Shown here: piece after piece, positions 48,748 to 57,075 of the stretch
How the letters are laid out: each line of letters begins with the position of its first letter
How positions within the stretch are numbered: the stretch's first letter is position 1
Notes under the pieces: generated by a model
The model's database searches: none
What the model was told of the DNA's origin: nothing
What the model saw: only the letters and a program-made list of their open reading frames with translations
Made by a program: the position numbers and the translations under genes
Origin: a virus
DNA: 64,000 bases
IMG/VR virus record: IMGVR_UViG_3300045988_052724
Location: 96,001-160,000 of that record
Strand: one strand, 5' to 3'

Positions 48748-50953
48748 AATATTGTGTAGGGAATAAGTTAAACTTAGGTACTATAGACTGTTTGTCTGGA
48801 ATAACTCCTTTATGTTTTATGCCATATTCATCAGTCCAGTAGCCAAATAGCTTCAACTTCCTACCCCCATTATCAGCTTCCTGTGGTGGAATACCACTTA
48901 ACTCCTCATCTCCTAATTCAGCCATACCCATTGCTGCTACAATATCGAACTTTCTTTTATTCTCATATGAATAAGTGATAAGCTCGTTAATCATTGGTTC
49001 AAACCACATATTGTGACAATAGTCATTGATGTAGCAATCAATAAGGTCTAACTGATGTTGAATAACTGCTTCAGTTGCAGGAGCACCAAACTGTTTACTC
49101 CTACCACCCTGTATATCAGATTGAGTAGCTCTTGGTCTTCTCATTAAGAATCTCTCTTCCTTATGCTTAGTTCTAAACCATGTTAAGATACTAATACGGG
49201 TAGATTCCAAACAAGCTTTACAGTTATAGTATTCTAATATCTTTAGGGTAGTTCTATATGCCTCTTCAAGGTTGTTAGGTCTGTCTTTATAGACACAAAC
49301 ATACATTGGCTCTTGTAAACCAAAGCATCTCTTTTTAACTACTACACAGAAGTCTGATGGGTCCCTTGTATTATCTGATGTATCATTCATACCCATATCA
49401 ATACCGTCAATACCAGCTACATATAGGTTTCTAAAGTCTACACCATTCTCGCTCTTAATAGGATGTTCAATAATGCAAACTTTACCTTTATCACTAGGGA
49501 TAAACCTCACTCCATTCTTAGCTTCTTCAGAATGTACATTGTTTTGAAATATATATTCTAGTTGTCCCCATTTAGGTTTTAACTCCGGAGGAGTAACTTT
49601 GTGTAATTTAATTGCAGCTAACTGTTCTGTTAGTAATACAGTATTAAACTGGTTATCACCTTCCAAAGCTAATGCTTCATCAGGAGTGAAGCAATACTCA
49701 GCAGAGTATAACATTAATCCTTTGGGGTCAGCTATCTTGGTAGCCCTCTTAGCCATGTAGAACTCCTTACCCTTCTCTGGGTCTGTCCATCCTCTGTGGT
49801 CTACATATCCTGGAGCAGTAACAATAGTATATGCGGGAATGAAATATGCAGTCTCTACATAAGTACCTTCCTTAGTATAGTTATGTTTATAGGGAAGAAC
49901 ATCATATCCTCTAGGGTCATGGAATGCAGCAGCCACACCCTCCAATGCAGGACCACTATCACCACCTGTACCCCAAGCTAGTTTAATGCCGAATCTCTGT
50001 CCTTGAATATCAATCAAAGCATCACCCTGAATGAAAGCTTTCTTCCAATTGGGCCATGAACCGCTTTCTTCATACATCAAAATATCAGTACGGTCACCTC
50101 TAATCTTATTAGGCTTATCAGCTGTAATACCTTCAATTTCTGACATCCATCCAGATTCTACACCATCTACATTCTTACTAGAAGCTCTCTTCCATTTAGC
50201 TGTATTGTGAACCTGCCTTAGTTTTCTCATACCATCTTCTGTATTATCATCTAAGTATGATAATTGCATCCAGCACTTACTAAGGGTATCGTCAACATAA
50301 CCTTCTTGTTGTGCAGCTACTACTCCTCTAAAGTGTGGCCTTGTTATATAACCATTAATAAGGATAGCGGCAGCTATTTCTGAGAATCCAACACCTCTGG
50401 CTTTTAATCCAATGGCATTCTTTCTCAATACTTTACATAATTCTATGTAATGGAAGTACTCATATTGTTTTACAAAGAAATTTGGGAAGTCTACTGAACG
50501 ACCACCACCAGCTTTAGTAGCAGAAGATAGATTAGGTAACTGGTAGTAATTTATAAAATAATAATTATCACCAGTAATAGTATAACCATTAACAGTCATA
50601 CCATTTCTACATCTATCATATTCTTGGTCCCAGAACTCACCATAAGCCTTACCAAACATTGGTTCATTACAGTACTTACCAGTAGCAGCCTTAGTTCGTC
50701 TAGCTTCCATAAACCATTCTGGGTCAAAGTCTAATCCTCTCGTACCATCAATGGGTCTATAGCCAGTAAGTTCATAAGATAGATTAGAGTCAAAATAGTC
50801 TACTGGGTCCCCAATTTTAACATCCCATTCAAATTCTGTAGGCTTCTGTTCTAGTACTCCAGTATTCTCCCCTACCTCAGTAATCTTTTCAACTAAGGCT
50901 TGGACGGTAGGGGATTCTGGTAATTTATTCTTAGGTTTCCTTCCACGTGCCAT
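48704..50953 (-). CDS. terL: Terminase large subunit (749 aa)
   Basis: ATPase motifs: GLKARGVGFSE (Walker A-like), DILMYEESGSW (Walker B), AWGTGGD. Nuclease aspartates: YVAGIDGIDMG and DIVAAMGMA. Confidence 0.85.
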   Translation of the reverse strand: MARGRKPKNKLPESPTVQALVEKITEVGENTGVLEQKPTEFEWDVKIGDPVDYFDSNLSYELTGYRPIDGTRGLDFDPEWFMEARRTKAATGKYCNEPMFGKAYGEFWDQEYDRCRNGMTVNGYTITGDNYYFINYYQLPNLSSATKAGGGRSVDFPNFFVKQYEYFHYIELCKVLRKNAIGLKARGVGFSEIAAAILINGYITRPHFRGVVAAQQEGYVDDTLSKCWMQLSYLDDNTEDGMRKLRQVHNTAKWKRASSKNVDGVESGWMSEIEGITADKPNKIRGDRTDILMYEESGSWPNWKKAFIQGDALIDIQGQRFGIKLAWGTGGDSGPALEGVAAAFHDPRGYDVLPYKHNYTKEGTYVETAYFIPAYTIVTAPGYVDHRGWTDPEKGKEFYMAKRATKIADPKGLMLYSAEYCFTPDEALALEGDNQFNTVLLTEQLAAIKLHKVTPPELKPKWGQLEYIFQNNVHSEEAKNGVRFIPSDKGKVCIIEHPIKSENGVDFRNLYVAGIDGIDMGMNDTSDNTRDPSDFCVVVKKRCFGLQEPMYVCVYKDRPNNLEEAYRTTLKILEYYNCKACLESTRISILTWFRTKHKEERFLMRRPRATQSDIQGGRSKQFGAPATEAVIQHQLDLIDCYINDYCHNMWFEPMINELITYSYENKRKFDIVAAMGMAELGDEELSGIPPQEADNGGRKLKLFGYWTDEYGIKHKGVIPDKQSIVPKFNLFPTQYYDDTGHRTSNPRFN

Positions 50954-50954
50954 A

Positions 50955-51542
50955 TTACTTCAGTTTTGGTACATATCCCTCAACAGCACCAGCACGAAGA
51001 CCTGTAGCAGCTTTCTGTTTCTTCTTAATACGGGCTTCTAAGGCATCTAATTCGTCTAATACCTTAGATATAGATGACATTTCACCAATAACATCTTTAG
51101 CCTTAAAGATTGGCTTGCCAGTGATTGGGTCTCTTTCTTGTAAATCTGAACCTTCATTGAAATAATCAATTAGTTCATCTACCTTATTCTGAGCTGCCCT
51201 TATTAACTTAATGTCTCTTGCTGATTCTTGTATCTCTCTATATTTCCTACATGCAGCTCTAAACAGAGGGTCATTAAACTCCTCTTCTGTAATACCACTA
51301 TCCTGTTTAGCAGCCTCATTACGTTCTGCTTCAGTAAATTGTGAATAGTGTGATTGCCAGTCAATCATTAGATACATATAGGTAAACTCTTTAAATGCTC
51401 TTAGCTTTTTAATACCCTTTGGGTCTTCCTTACTGATATTTCTATCATTAGTCCATAACTCAGCAAACTCCTTAATAAGGAGAATCTCTGGCTCGTTTAA
51501 TCGCAATTCATGATTTACATTATCATATAGAAATATTGTCAT
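50955..51542 (-). CDS. Terminase small subunit candidate (195 aa)
   Basis: Called only from its position immediately upstream of terL and its helical, charged sequence. Confidence 0.35.
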   Translation of the reverse strand: MTIFLYDNVNHELRLNEPEILLIKEFAELWTNDRNISKEDPKGIKKLRAFKEFTYMYLMIDWQSHYSQFTEAERNEAAKQDSGITEEEFNDPLFRAACRKYREIQESARDIKLIRAAQNKVDELIDYFNEGSDLQERDPITGKPIFKAKDVIGEMSSISKVLDELDALEARIKKKQKAATGLRAGAVEGYVPKLK

Positions 51543-51547
51543 AATAA

Positions 51548-52180
51548 TTACTGTTTAATTATACGTCTTTGGACTGTTCCTCCGAAGTAATTCTTACCAA
51601 TTCCTTTATTCTTTACAGCTCCTGCCCCGCCAGCACCTCTACCATTAGCTTGGTCTTTCATATCAACCTTAACTTTATCCCTATCAGATAGTTTTCTATA
51701 ATCAGCAGGAGTCATCTTTTTATAAGGAAGCTTCTTATTACTAACATTATATACTCCCTTATTTGTGTGTACAGTATCAGCCTTATTAACTACAGCACCT
51801 TTTTGGTCTTTCTTAACTCTCTTCTTAGCTTTACCTCCACATTTATCCTTAAATATATCTACTACTTTAGCACCCTCAGCTTTCTTCTTGCACTTAACAC
51901 AACCTCCAGCCATATACTTCTCAACCTCGTATCCTTCTGGGCACTCACCTCTAAGGGTTTGAACATAACTTAATTTGGCTCCTAATTTAGCCATTGAAAT
52001 TTGATTACCTTCCATTGCTTTGTATTGTTTATAAAACTCTTTTAATTCGTTCTCTGATAGCTGTGCTACTTTGTTTTCAAAGTCCGCTGCATCTTTAGGG
52101 TTTAGGACTTTAATAAGATAGGCAGTGAACGCTTTTTGTTCTTCGTTCATCTGCCCACCCTGTTGAAACATACTTATCAT
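51548..52180 (-). CDS. Lys-rich hypothetical protein (210 aa)
   Basis: Track ORF with a basic C-terminal half and a CPEG…CVKC pair. Confidence 0.55.
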   Translation of the reverse strand: MISMFQQGGQMNEEQKAFTAYLIKVLNPKDAADFENKVAQLSENELKEFYKQYKAMEGNQISMAKLGAKLSYVQTLRGECPEGYEVEKYMAGGCVKCKKKAEGAKVVDIFKDKCGGKAKKRVKKDQKGAVVNKADTVHTNKGVYNVSNKKLPYKKMTPADYRKLSDRDKVKVDMKDQANGRGAGGAGAVKNKGIGKNYFGGTVQRRIIKQ

Positions 52181-52196
52181 ACTTTAACTAAATCAA

Positions 52197-52424
52197 TTAT
52201 ACCTTCAAAAGGTCTTTGGTATTAAAAATAGCTTCCTGCAAAACTCCTTCTGTAGAGAACCACCTACATCTAATACCTTTAAAATAATCTTCTGCCATAT
52301 TTGAAACACCATGAGTCCTAATGCTCATAGTCTCTTTCTTAACCACAATCATTACAGGTTTGTTAGGTATATCTTGCTTAAGAGTTACTACCTCACCTGG
52401 CATAAAATAAACTTTCTCTTCCAT
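52197..52424 (-). CDS. Hypothetical small protein (75 aa)
   Basis: Track ORF. Confidence 0.5.
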   Translation of the reverse strand: MEEKVYFMPGEVVTLKQDIPNKPVMIVVKKETMSIRTHGVSNMAEDYFKGIRCRWFSTEGVLQEAIFNTKDLLKV

Positions 52425-53047
52425 TATACATTATCACTTTTAAATTCCTTTGTATATCTATCTTTTAATCCAGAATTAACTACTACTTGAACTTGAGGTT
52501 CAGCTACAACTTCAAATCCTTGTCCGAAGAATGGGATAGGAACTCCACAAGCTCTTCTATAGTAAATAATATCGCCCTCCTTCACAAATTTACATAAAGG
52601 ACTAGCTTCTATTACTAATGCTTGAACTGATAAGTTCTCTTCTTGGTCCATTTCACCAGAGTCTGGATTTTTAAATGTACCTGTATATTCTGGAAGTATC
52701 AACCCCGACTCAGTTACCTTCATCTTCTGGAATGGGTTCTTAGCATAAGGTTGTACTAATATATAACTGTTGATAGGGACAATCTGTAAGTCCTTCATCT
52801 TCTCATCCATCATCTTAGCGTGTCTTTCCTGCTCTTCAATTTTAGCATTCCATTCTGCTCTAGCCTCTTCAACTTGTTCATTGAACTTTACTTTAGCATC
52901 CTGTTTAGCCATTTCAGCTACAGTAGGAGACATAATAAATACATCACCATTGCCCATTAAATTATTCTTGCCATTACCATCTCCTTTGACTAATTGATTC
53001 TTTGTTCTTAATACTGCTTCTACTGTACTTAAATTATCCATACTCAT
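52424..53047 (-). CDS. GroES/gp31-like co-chaperonin candidate with an N-terminal coiled-coil extension (207 aa)
   Basis: The C-terminal ~110 aa read ILVQPY…VTESGLILPE…VQALVIEASP…VKEGDIIYY…FEVVAEPQVQVVV. This follows the GroES pattern (hVhp…sGIhLP…G.VhAhG…hKhGD.Vhh…). Confidence 0.45.
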   Translation of the reverse strand: MSMDNLSTVEAVLRTKNQLVKGDGNGKNNLMGNGDVFIMSPTVAEMAKQDAKVKFNEQVEEARAEWNAKIEEQERHAKMMDEKMKDLQIVPINSYILVQPYAKNPFQKMKVTESGLILPEYTGTFKNPDSGEMDQEENLSVQALVIEASPLCKFVKEGDIIYYRRACGVPIPFFGQGFEVVAEPQVQVVVNSGLKDRYTKEFKSDNV

Positions 53048-53056
53048 TTAATTAAA

Positions 53057-53329
53057 TTACCATTTCCCTATAGGACACGTTGCGTTAGGTAGAGTTGTTT
53101 TAGCTCTTAACCTACACCCACATCCATTAATATAACCATCTTTCTTCTCTGTACTTACATCTTCATTATCGGGGTTTACCCATAACTTACTGTTACATAT
53201 CTCCCCCAATACTACACTCTTCTTGTAGAGTTTACATCCTTTACACAAACGGATGCGGACTTCTGATATATTCTTATTAAGCCCGAACATCTCGTTAGTG
53301 TGCCCATTTAAAATAGCACCAAGACCCAT
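53057..53329 (-). CDS. Cys-rich (zinc-binding?) small protein (90 aa)
   Basis: CKGCKL…C…GCGCRL…CPIGKW. Confidence 0.5.
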   Translation of the reverse strand: MGLGAILNGHTNEMFGLNKNISEVRIRLCKGCKLYKKSVVLGEICNSKLWVNPDNEDVSTEKKDGYINGCGCRLRAKTTLPNATCPIGKW

Positions 53330-53401
53330 ATTATTCTTTTTAATTCATAAGTTGCTAATATCTCAAACCTAAATGTTTGAAAGATACTCATATAGGTAAT
53401 A

Positions 53402-54319
53402 TTAGAATTCTATAGGTCTTCTGCTATTCTTTCTGGCTTCTAATATAGCTTCCTTCTTATAGAACCTACACATTCTTTCTACATCATCTCTTAGGTAATC
53501 TAGCTCATGCTCGGAGACATTGCCTTGATGGTCGTAATGTATAAGTATTAATTTTTTAACTACGAACTTAGGGTTTAGTTTCTGAAGCATCCAAGCATAG
53601 GTTGATAATTGTAATGCATAGTGCATCTTGTTACAATCCATAATATTATTCATAGGATACTTCATCATTTGACATTTCTTTGTTCTCTTATCAAAGAATG
53701 ACTTATCATCCAATTTCTTATTGGTCTTATAGTCTATGATGTAGATGTCGTTGCCATCCTTAATTAGTAAGTCAATCTGACCTGCCAACCTAAATTTACC
53801 ATCTTCTGACTTCCTATATATCATATACTCAGGGAATACCCCCTTATCAATGTCAAGTAAATCCTTGTTATGCTTCATTAAAGAATCATTGGTGTTCACT
53901 TCAAATTTACCCCCAAGCCCAAACTTCTTTATTTCACATTGCTTCTTAGAAGTGTATTTACCTTCTAGTTCTGCATGAATTTTAGAACCTCTTTCACAGG
54001 ATTCAGCATTAGTCTTCTGCCACTCATCTAAAATATCCTGCTGAGCTTTATTGTAATCATTAACAGTAAACCCATACATATCACAGAAGTATTTAACATC
54101 TATCTTATGTGTGTTTAGTAACTGAGACTTCTCAGCCTTAAATTCGTCTGCTGATAATAACTTCTCCAATGCCTTATAACCTGACCAGAAATCCTTATCA
54201 AAATCTTGGCAGAATTTGCCAATTAATGTTGTTACTGATACATATACTCCATTTTCATCCCAGTACATATGCTTCTCATCGTTGTAGCAAACGTTCTGGT
54301 TCTGCTTGTCCACTTTCAT
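53402..54319 (-). CDS. PD-(D/E)XK (RecB/Cas4-like) nuclease (305 aa)
   Basis: EKHMYWDENGVYVSVTTLI at the N-terminus, and GQIDLLIKDGNDIYIIDYKTNKK (a D…D/ExK core). Confidence 0.6.
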   Translation of the reverse strand: MKVDKQNQNVCYNDEKHMYWDENGVYVSVTTLIGKFCQDFDKDFWSGYKALEKLLSADEFKAEKSQLLNTHKIDVKYFCDMYGFTVNDYNKAQQDILDEWQKTNAESCERGSKIHAELEGKYTSKKQCEIKKFGLGGKFEVNTNDSLMKHNKDLLDIDKGVFPEYMIYRKSEDGKFRLAGQIDLLIKDGNDIYIIDYKTNKKLDDKSFFDKRTKKCQMMKYPMNNIMDCNKMHYALQLSTYAWMLQKLNPKFVVKKLILIHYDHQGNVSEHELDYLRDDVERMCRFYKKEAILEARKNSRRPIEF

Positions 54320-55013
54320 ATAGCCTTTTAAATTTATCCTTTACTGAATTATAATCTAACCATGTTGTAAGAGGTTGAAGAGATGGGGCTATTATAGATT
54401 GATAATATCCCAGGTAGTACTCCTTCTTCACAGGATAGATAACTATTAACATTCCTACAGGTCCATCTACACCTGATAACGTGTAGAACGCAGCCGACTT
54501 AGCTTTGCTACGTTGCAACAGTTCAGTTAAATTCGGAAGACTTATACTGTACTGTTGAATGCTATCCATTCTTAAAGACTTACTTTCATTTACCTTTTCA
54601 ATCTCATCTCCATAGTTTGTATATTCTAACTCCTTCCATATCCTTAGACAGCTCCTAGTGTTTAGACCTCTCTTCTTCTCAGTTAGTGCTGTAAGATACC
54701 TATACGATAATCCATGAGTACTAACCAAGGAATTGTGGTAATTCATTAGGATAACATTAGATGCCTCTTTGTCTTGTACTAGTATTCTTTCAATGTACTC
54801 ATTAATAGAAGGGGAGATTATCTTTGTGTATTCCTCAGCGAGGTACTTTTCCTGCCGGACTTGTTCAGTATAATCTTGTAAGATAAGTTTCGTATGACCT
54901 CTAAAACCTGTTTCCAATACTATTATTGATAAAACTATAATAATGATAGTCTTAACATTTGGACCTAAGTTATTAATCCAGCCATAAATTGCTTCTAGTC
55001 TACTTAACGACAT
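54276..55013 (-). CDS. Membrane-anchored hypothetical protein (245 aa)
   Basis: Track ORF with an N-terminal hydrophobic segment (VKTIIIIVLSIIVLETGF). It is the first gene of the minus-strand block. Confidence 0.55.
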   Translation of the reverse strand: MSLSRLEAIYGWINNLGPNVKTIIIIVLSIIVLETGFRGHTKLILQDYTEQVRQEKYLAEEYTKIISPSINEYIERILVQDKEASNVILMNYHNSLVSTHGLSYRYLTALTEKKRGLNTRSCLRIWKELEYTNYGDEIEKVNESKSLRMDSIQQYSISLPNLTELLQRSKAKSAAFYTLSGVDGPVGMLIVIYPVKKEYYLGYYQSIIAPSLQPLTTWLDYNSVKDKFKRLYESGQAEPERLLQR

Positions 55014-55181
55014 TAATCTATTTCCTTTAAATGTTGAATGTTAGTCCGCCTAAAAATAAACTCTAATTCATTTTCATCAATCCATTATTTATAATTTACC
55101 ACCTTTCATTTGATAATGTGCAAATTTAGTGATAACTTGCGACATAAAAAAGTAAAGTTTAAACTTAATATAAAATGAATC

Positions 55182-55868
55182 ATGGGAGAACGTAAATTGA
55201 TTAATGGTAAAGAGGATTTAAAGGTAAAAGAGATAAATGGAGCACATTATAAGCACTGCCCAAAGTGTAAAAAGTACAAACCAATGACTGATGAATTCTT
55301 TCATAAAAATAAAAACTTGTCTACTGGATATGACTCATACTGTAAGGAATGTAAGAAATTATTAAGGTCAGAGTATACTAGATATAAAGAAATTGACAGT
55401 AATGGAAATCTATACTGTTTAAGTTGTAAAACATATAAACCATTATCTGAATTTAGTAAAACTCCAGGACATAACCCAAAAAGAGGAGAATATCATATTA
55501 ATTGTAATGACTGTATGCAATTAAAATCCAATCCATTAAAGTCACATATATCTAAAATAATATACGAGTGTAATTATACAAAATCTAAATATAAGAGAGA
55601 ATATGAGGTGCTGATAAATATAGAGGACATATTAAATTTGTATGAAGAACAAAATCATAGATGTGCTTTAACAGGACTTGAATTAACATATTCTAAAGAT
55701 GATACTCACACTAATCTGTCAATAGATAGGATAAACCCAGGTAAAGACTATTCCATTGACAATATTAGACTGGTATGTAAAACTGTAAATATAATGAGGA
55801 ACTCCCTATCAGATGAGGAATTTATTAAGTGGTGCAATTTAGTTGTTTTACATAATGAAAATGATTAA
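55182..55868 (+). CDS. His-Me finger (HNH / endonuclease VII-like) nuclease candidate with CxxC zinc-ribbon repeats (228 aa)
   Basis: Three CxxC…CxxC-type ribbons are present (CPKCKKYKP…CKECKK; CLSCKTYKP…CNDC). The C-terminus is NHRCALTGLEL…LSIDRINPGKDYSIDNIRLVCKTVNIMRN. Confidence 0.45.
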   Translation: MGERKLINGKEDLKVKEINGAHYKHCPKCKKYKPMTDEFFHKNKNLSTGYDSYCKECKKLLRSEYTRYKEIDSNGNLYCLSCKTYKPLSEFSKTPGHNPKRGEYHINCNDCMQLKSNPLKSHISKIIYECNYTKSKYKREYEVLINIEDILNLYEEQNHRCALTGLELTYSKDDTHTNLSIDRINPGKDYSIDNIRLVCKTVNIMRNSLSDEEFIKWCNLVVLHNEND

Positions 55869-55907
55869 TTTTGTAAATAAAAAAATGAAACATAAACTTA
55901 TTTAATT

Positions 55908-56819
55908 ATGGAACTAAATCAGAGAGAATTGAAGGCATTGTATATCTCTTTAAAGGAGATGTGTAGTAATGTGGATTGTGATAGTATTCCTATGTTTAGA
56001 CAGGGAAGTAAGTTAATACCAAGATGTAAGAATGGAAGTGGTATTCATATTAAGAAGGAGAATAGAGGTAAGTTTACAGCATCAGCTAAGAGGGCAGGTC
56101 AGGGAGTTCAGGAGCATGCTCGTTCTGTACTTAATAACCCAAATGCTACTCCTCTACAGAAAAAGAGAGCTAACTTTGCTAGGAATGCTGCCAAGTGGAA
56201 ACACCAGGAAGGAGGGATACTTTATAATGGAACTCTTCCAGAAATTACAGTAACTCCTAGCAAATACCAAAATCAATATTTTAAAGAAATGCGGCCCTAT
56301 TTAGATAAAAAAGTAGCTACTGCTTTAGCTCATGATTTTGATAGAGACAGACTAAAATATGGTGATGAGATTATGGCTGCTTTAGCAGATATTCATAAAA
56401 TGTCAGGAAAGCCTAGAATAACTTCCACTGATAGGTTAAACAACAATCCTAAAGATAGTATTCCTAGACCCTATTGGGTTCCTGTAGTTAATAATATTCA
56501 TAGTGCACATGGTATTGAAGATATAATTAGTGAATTAGCACATCCCTTGCAGTCGAAATATGGAAATAACTATGAAATATTAAATAAAATTAATAGCTGG
56601 ATTCACCTTAAACCATATAATGCTGATAAGGGAATCAATGGAGTTTCTTGGTATAATAATCCTTCAGGGATGGAATACGAAACCCATAAAATATTTGAAC
56701 CTATGATTAAGAAAGAAATTTACTATTCAAATCCCCCACTTAATGAAAAAGAAATCTTTACTAAAGAAAATATAAGGGATTGGGCTGACTGGGCTAAAGA
56801 ATATTACAATGAAAAGTAA
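55908..56819 (+). CDS. Hypothetical protein (303 aa)
   Basis: Track ORF. Confidence 0.6.
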   Translation: MELNQRELKALYISLKEMCSNVDCDSIPMFRQGSKLIPRCKNGSGIHIKKENRGKFTASAKRAGQGVQEHARSVLNNPNATPLQKKRANFARNAAKWKHQEGGILYNGTLPEITVTPSKYQNQYFKEMRPYLDKKVATALAHDFDRDRLKYGDEIMAALADIHKMSGKPRITSTDRLNNNPKDSIPRPYWVPVVNNIHSAHGIEDIISELAHPLQSKYGNNYEILNKINSWIHLKPYNADKGINGVSWYNNPSGMEYETHKIFEPMIKKEIYYSNPPLNEKEIFTKENIRDWADWAKEYYNEK

Positions 56820-57075
56820 ATACTATAAAGAGAATAGAAAAATATTTAATAATGCTAAAACAAAGTGTTGTTTATGTGGTGAGTCAAATAAGTGTTGTTT
56901 AGAATTTCATCATAATCAAGAGAAGCATTTTAATATATCTAAATCACTTAAATATATAACCCCGAAACAATTGATAGATGAACTGAAATTAACTTGTTGT
57001 GTTTGCTCAAATTGCCACAAGAAAATACATAATAATATTAAATATGGAGATAATAAACAAATTACAGAAGGGTAA
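56809..57075 (+). CDS. HNH endonuclease (88 aa)
   Basis: CCLCGESNKCCLEFHHNQEKHFNIS … CCVCSNCHKKIHNN, a C..C…HH…N…C..CH..H signature. Confidence 0.8.
   Translation: MKSKYYKENRKIFNNAKTKCCLCGESNKCCLEFHHNQEKHFNISKSLKYITPKQLIDELKLTCCVCSNCHKKIHNNIKYGDNKQITEG

Noticed and set aside
53364-53371. Isolated -7-like boxes: TAGGTTTG upstream of 53329, and TATCTTTG at 62108-62115 upstream of 62055
   Set aside because: No TTTG lies at the 19-21 nt spacing. A lone TAnnTTTG is expected by chance many times in AT-rich DNA, so the support is too weak.
55109-55140. Candidate host promoter for the plus-strand cassette (TTTG, 20 nt, TAACTTGC)
   Set aside because: The -7 element matches only TAnnTT of TAnnTTTG. 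No exact motif occurs in 55014-55181, so it was not annotated as a feature.
56999-57043. Track start of the SLT-domain ORF at 56999
   Set aside because: That start would overlap the HNH gene by 77 nt and adds an implausible peptide (MFAQIATRKYIIILN). The ATG at 57044 is preferred.
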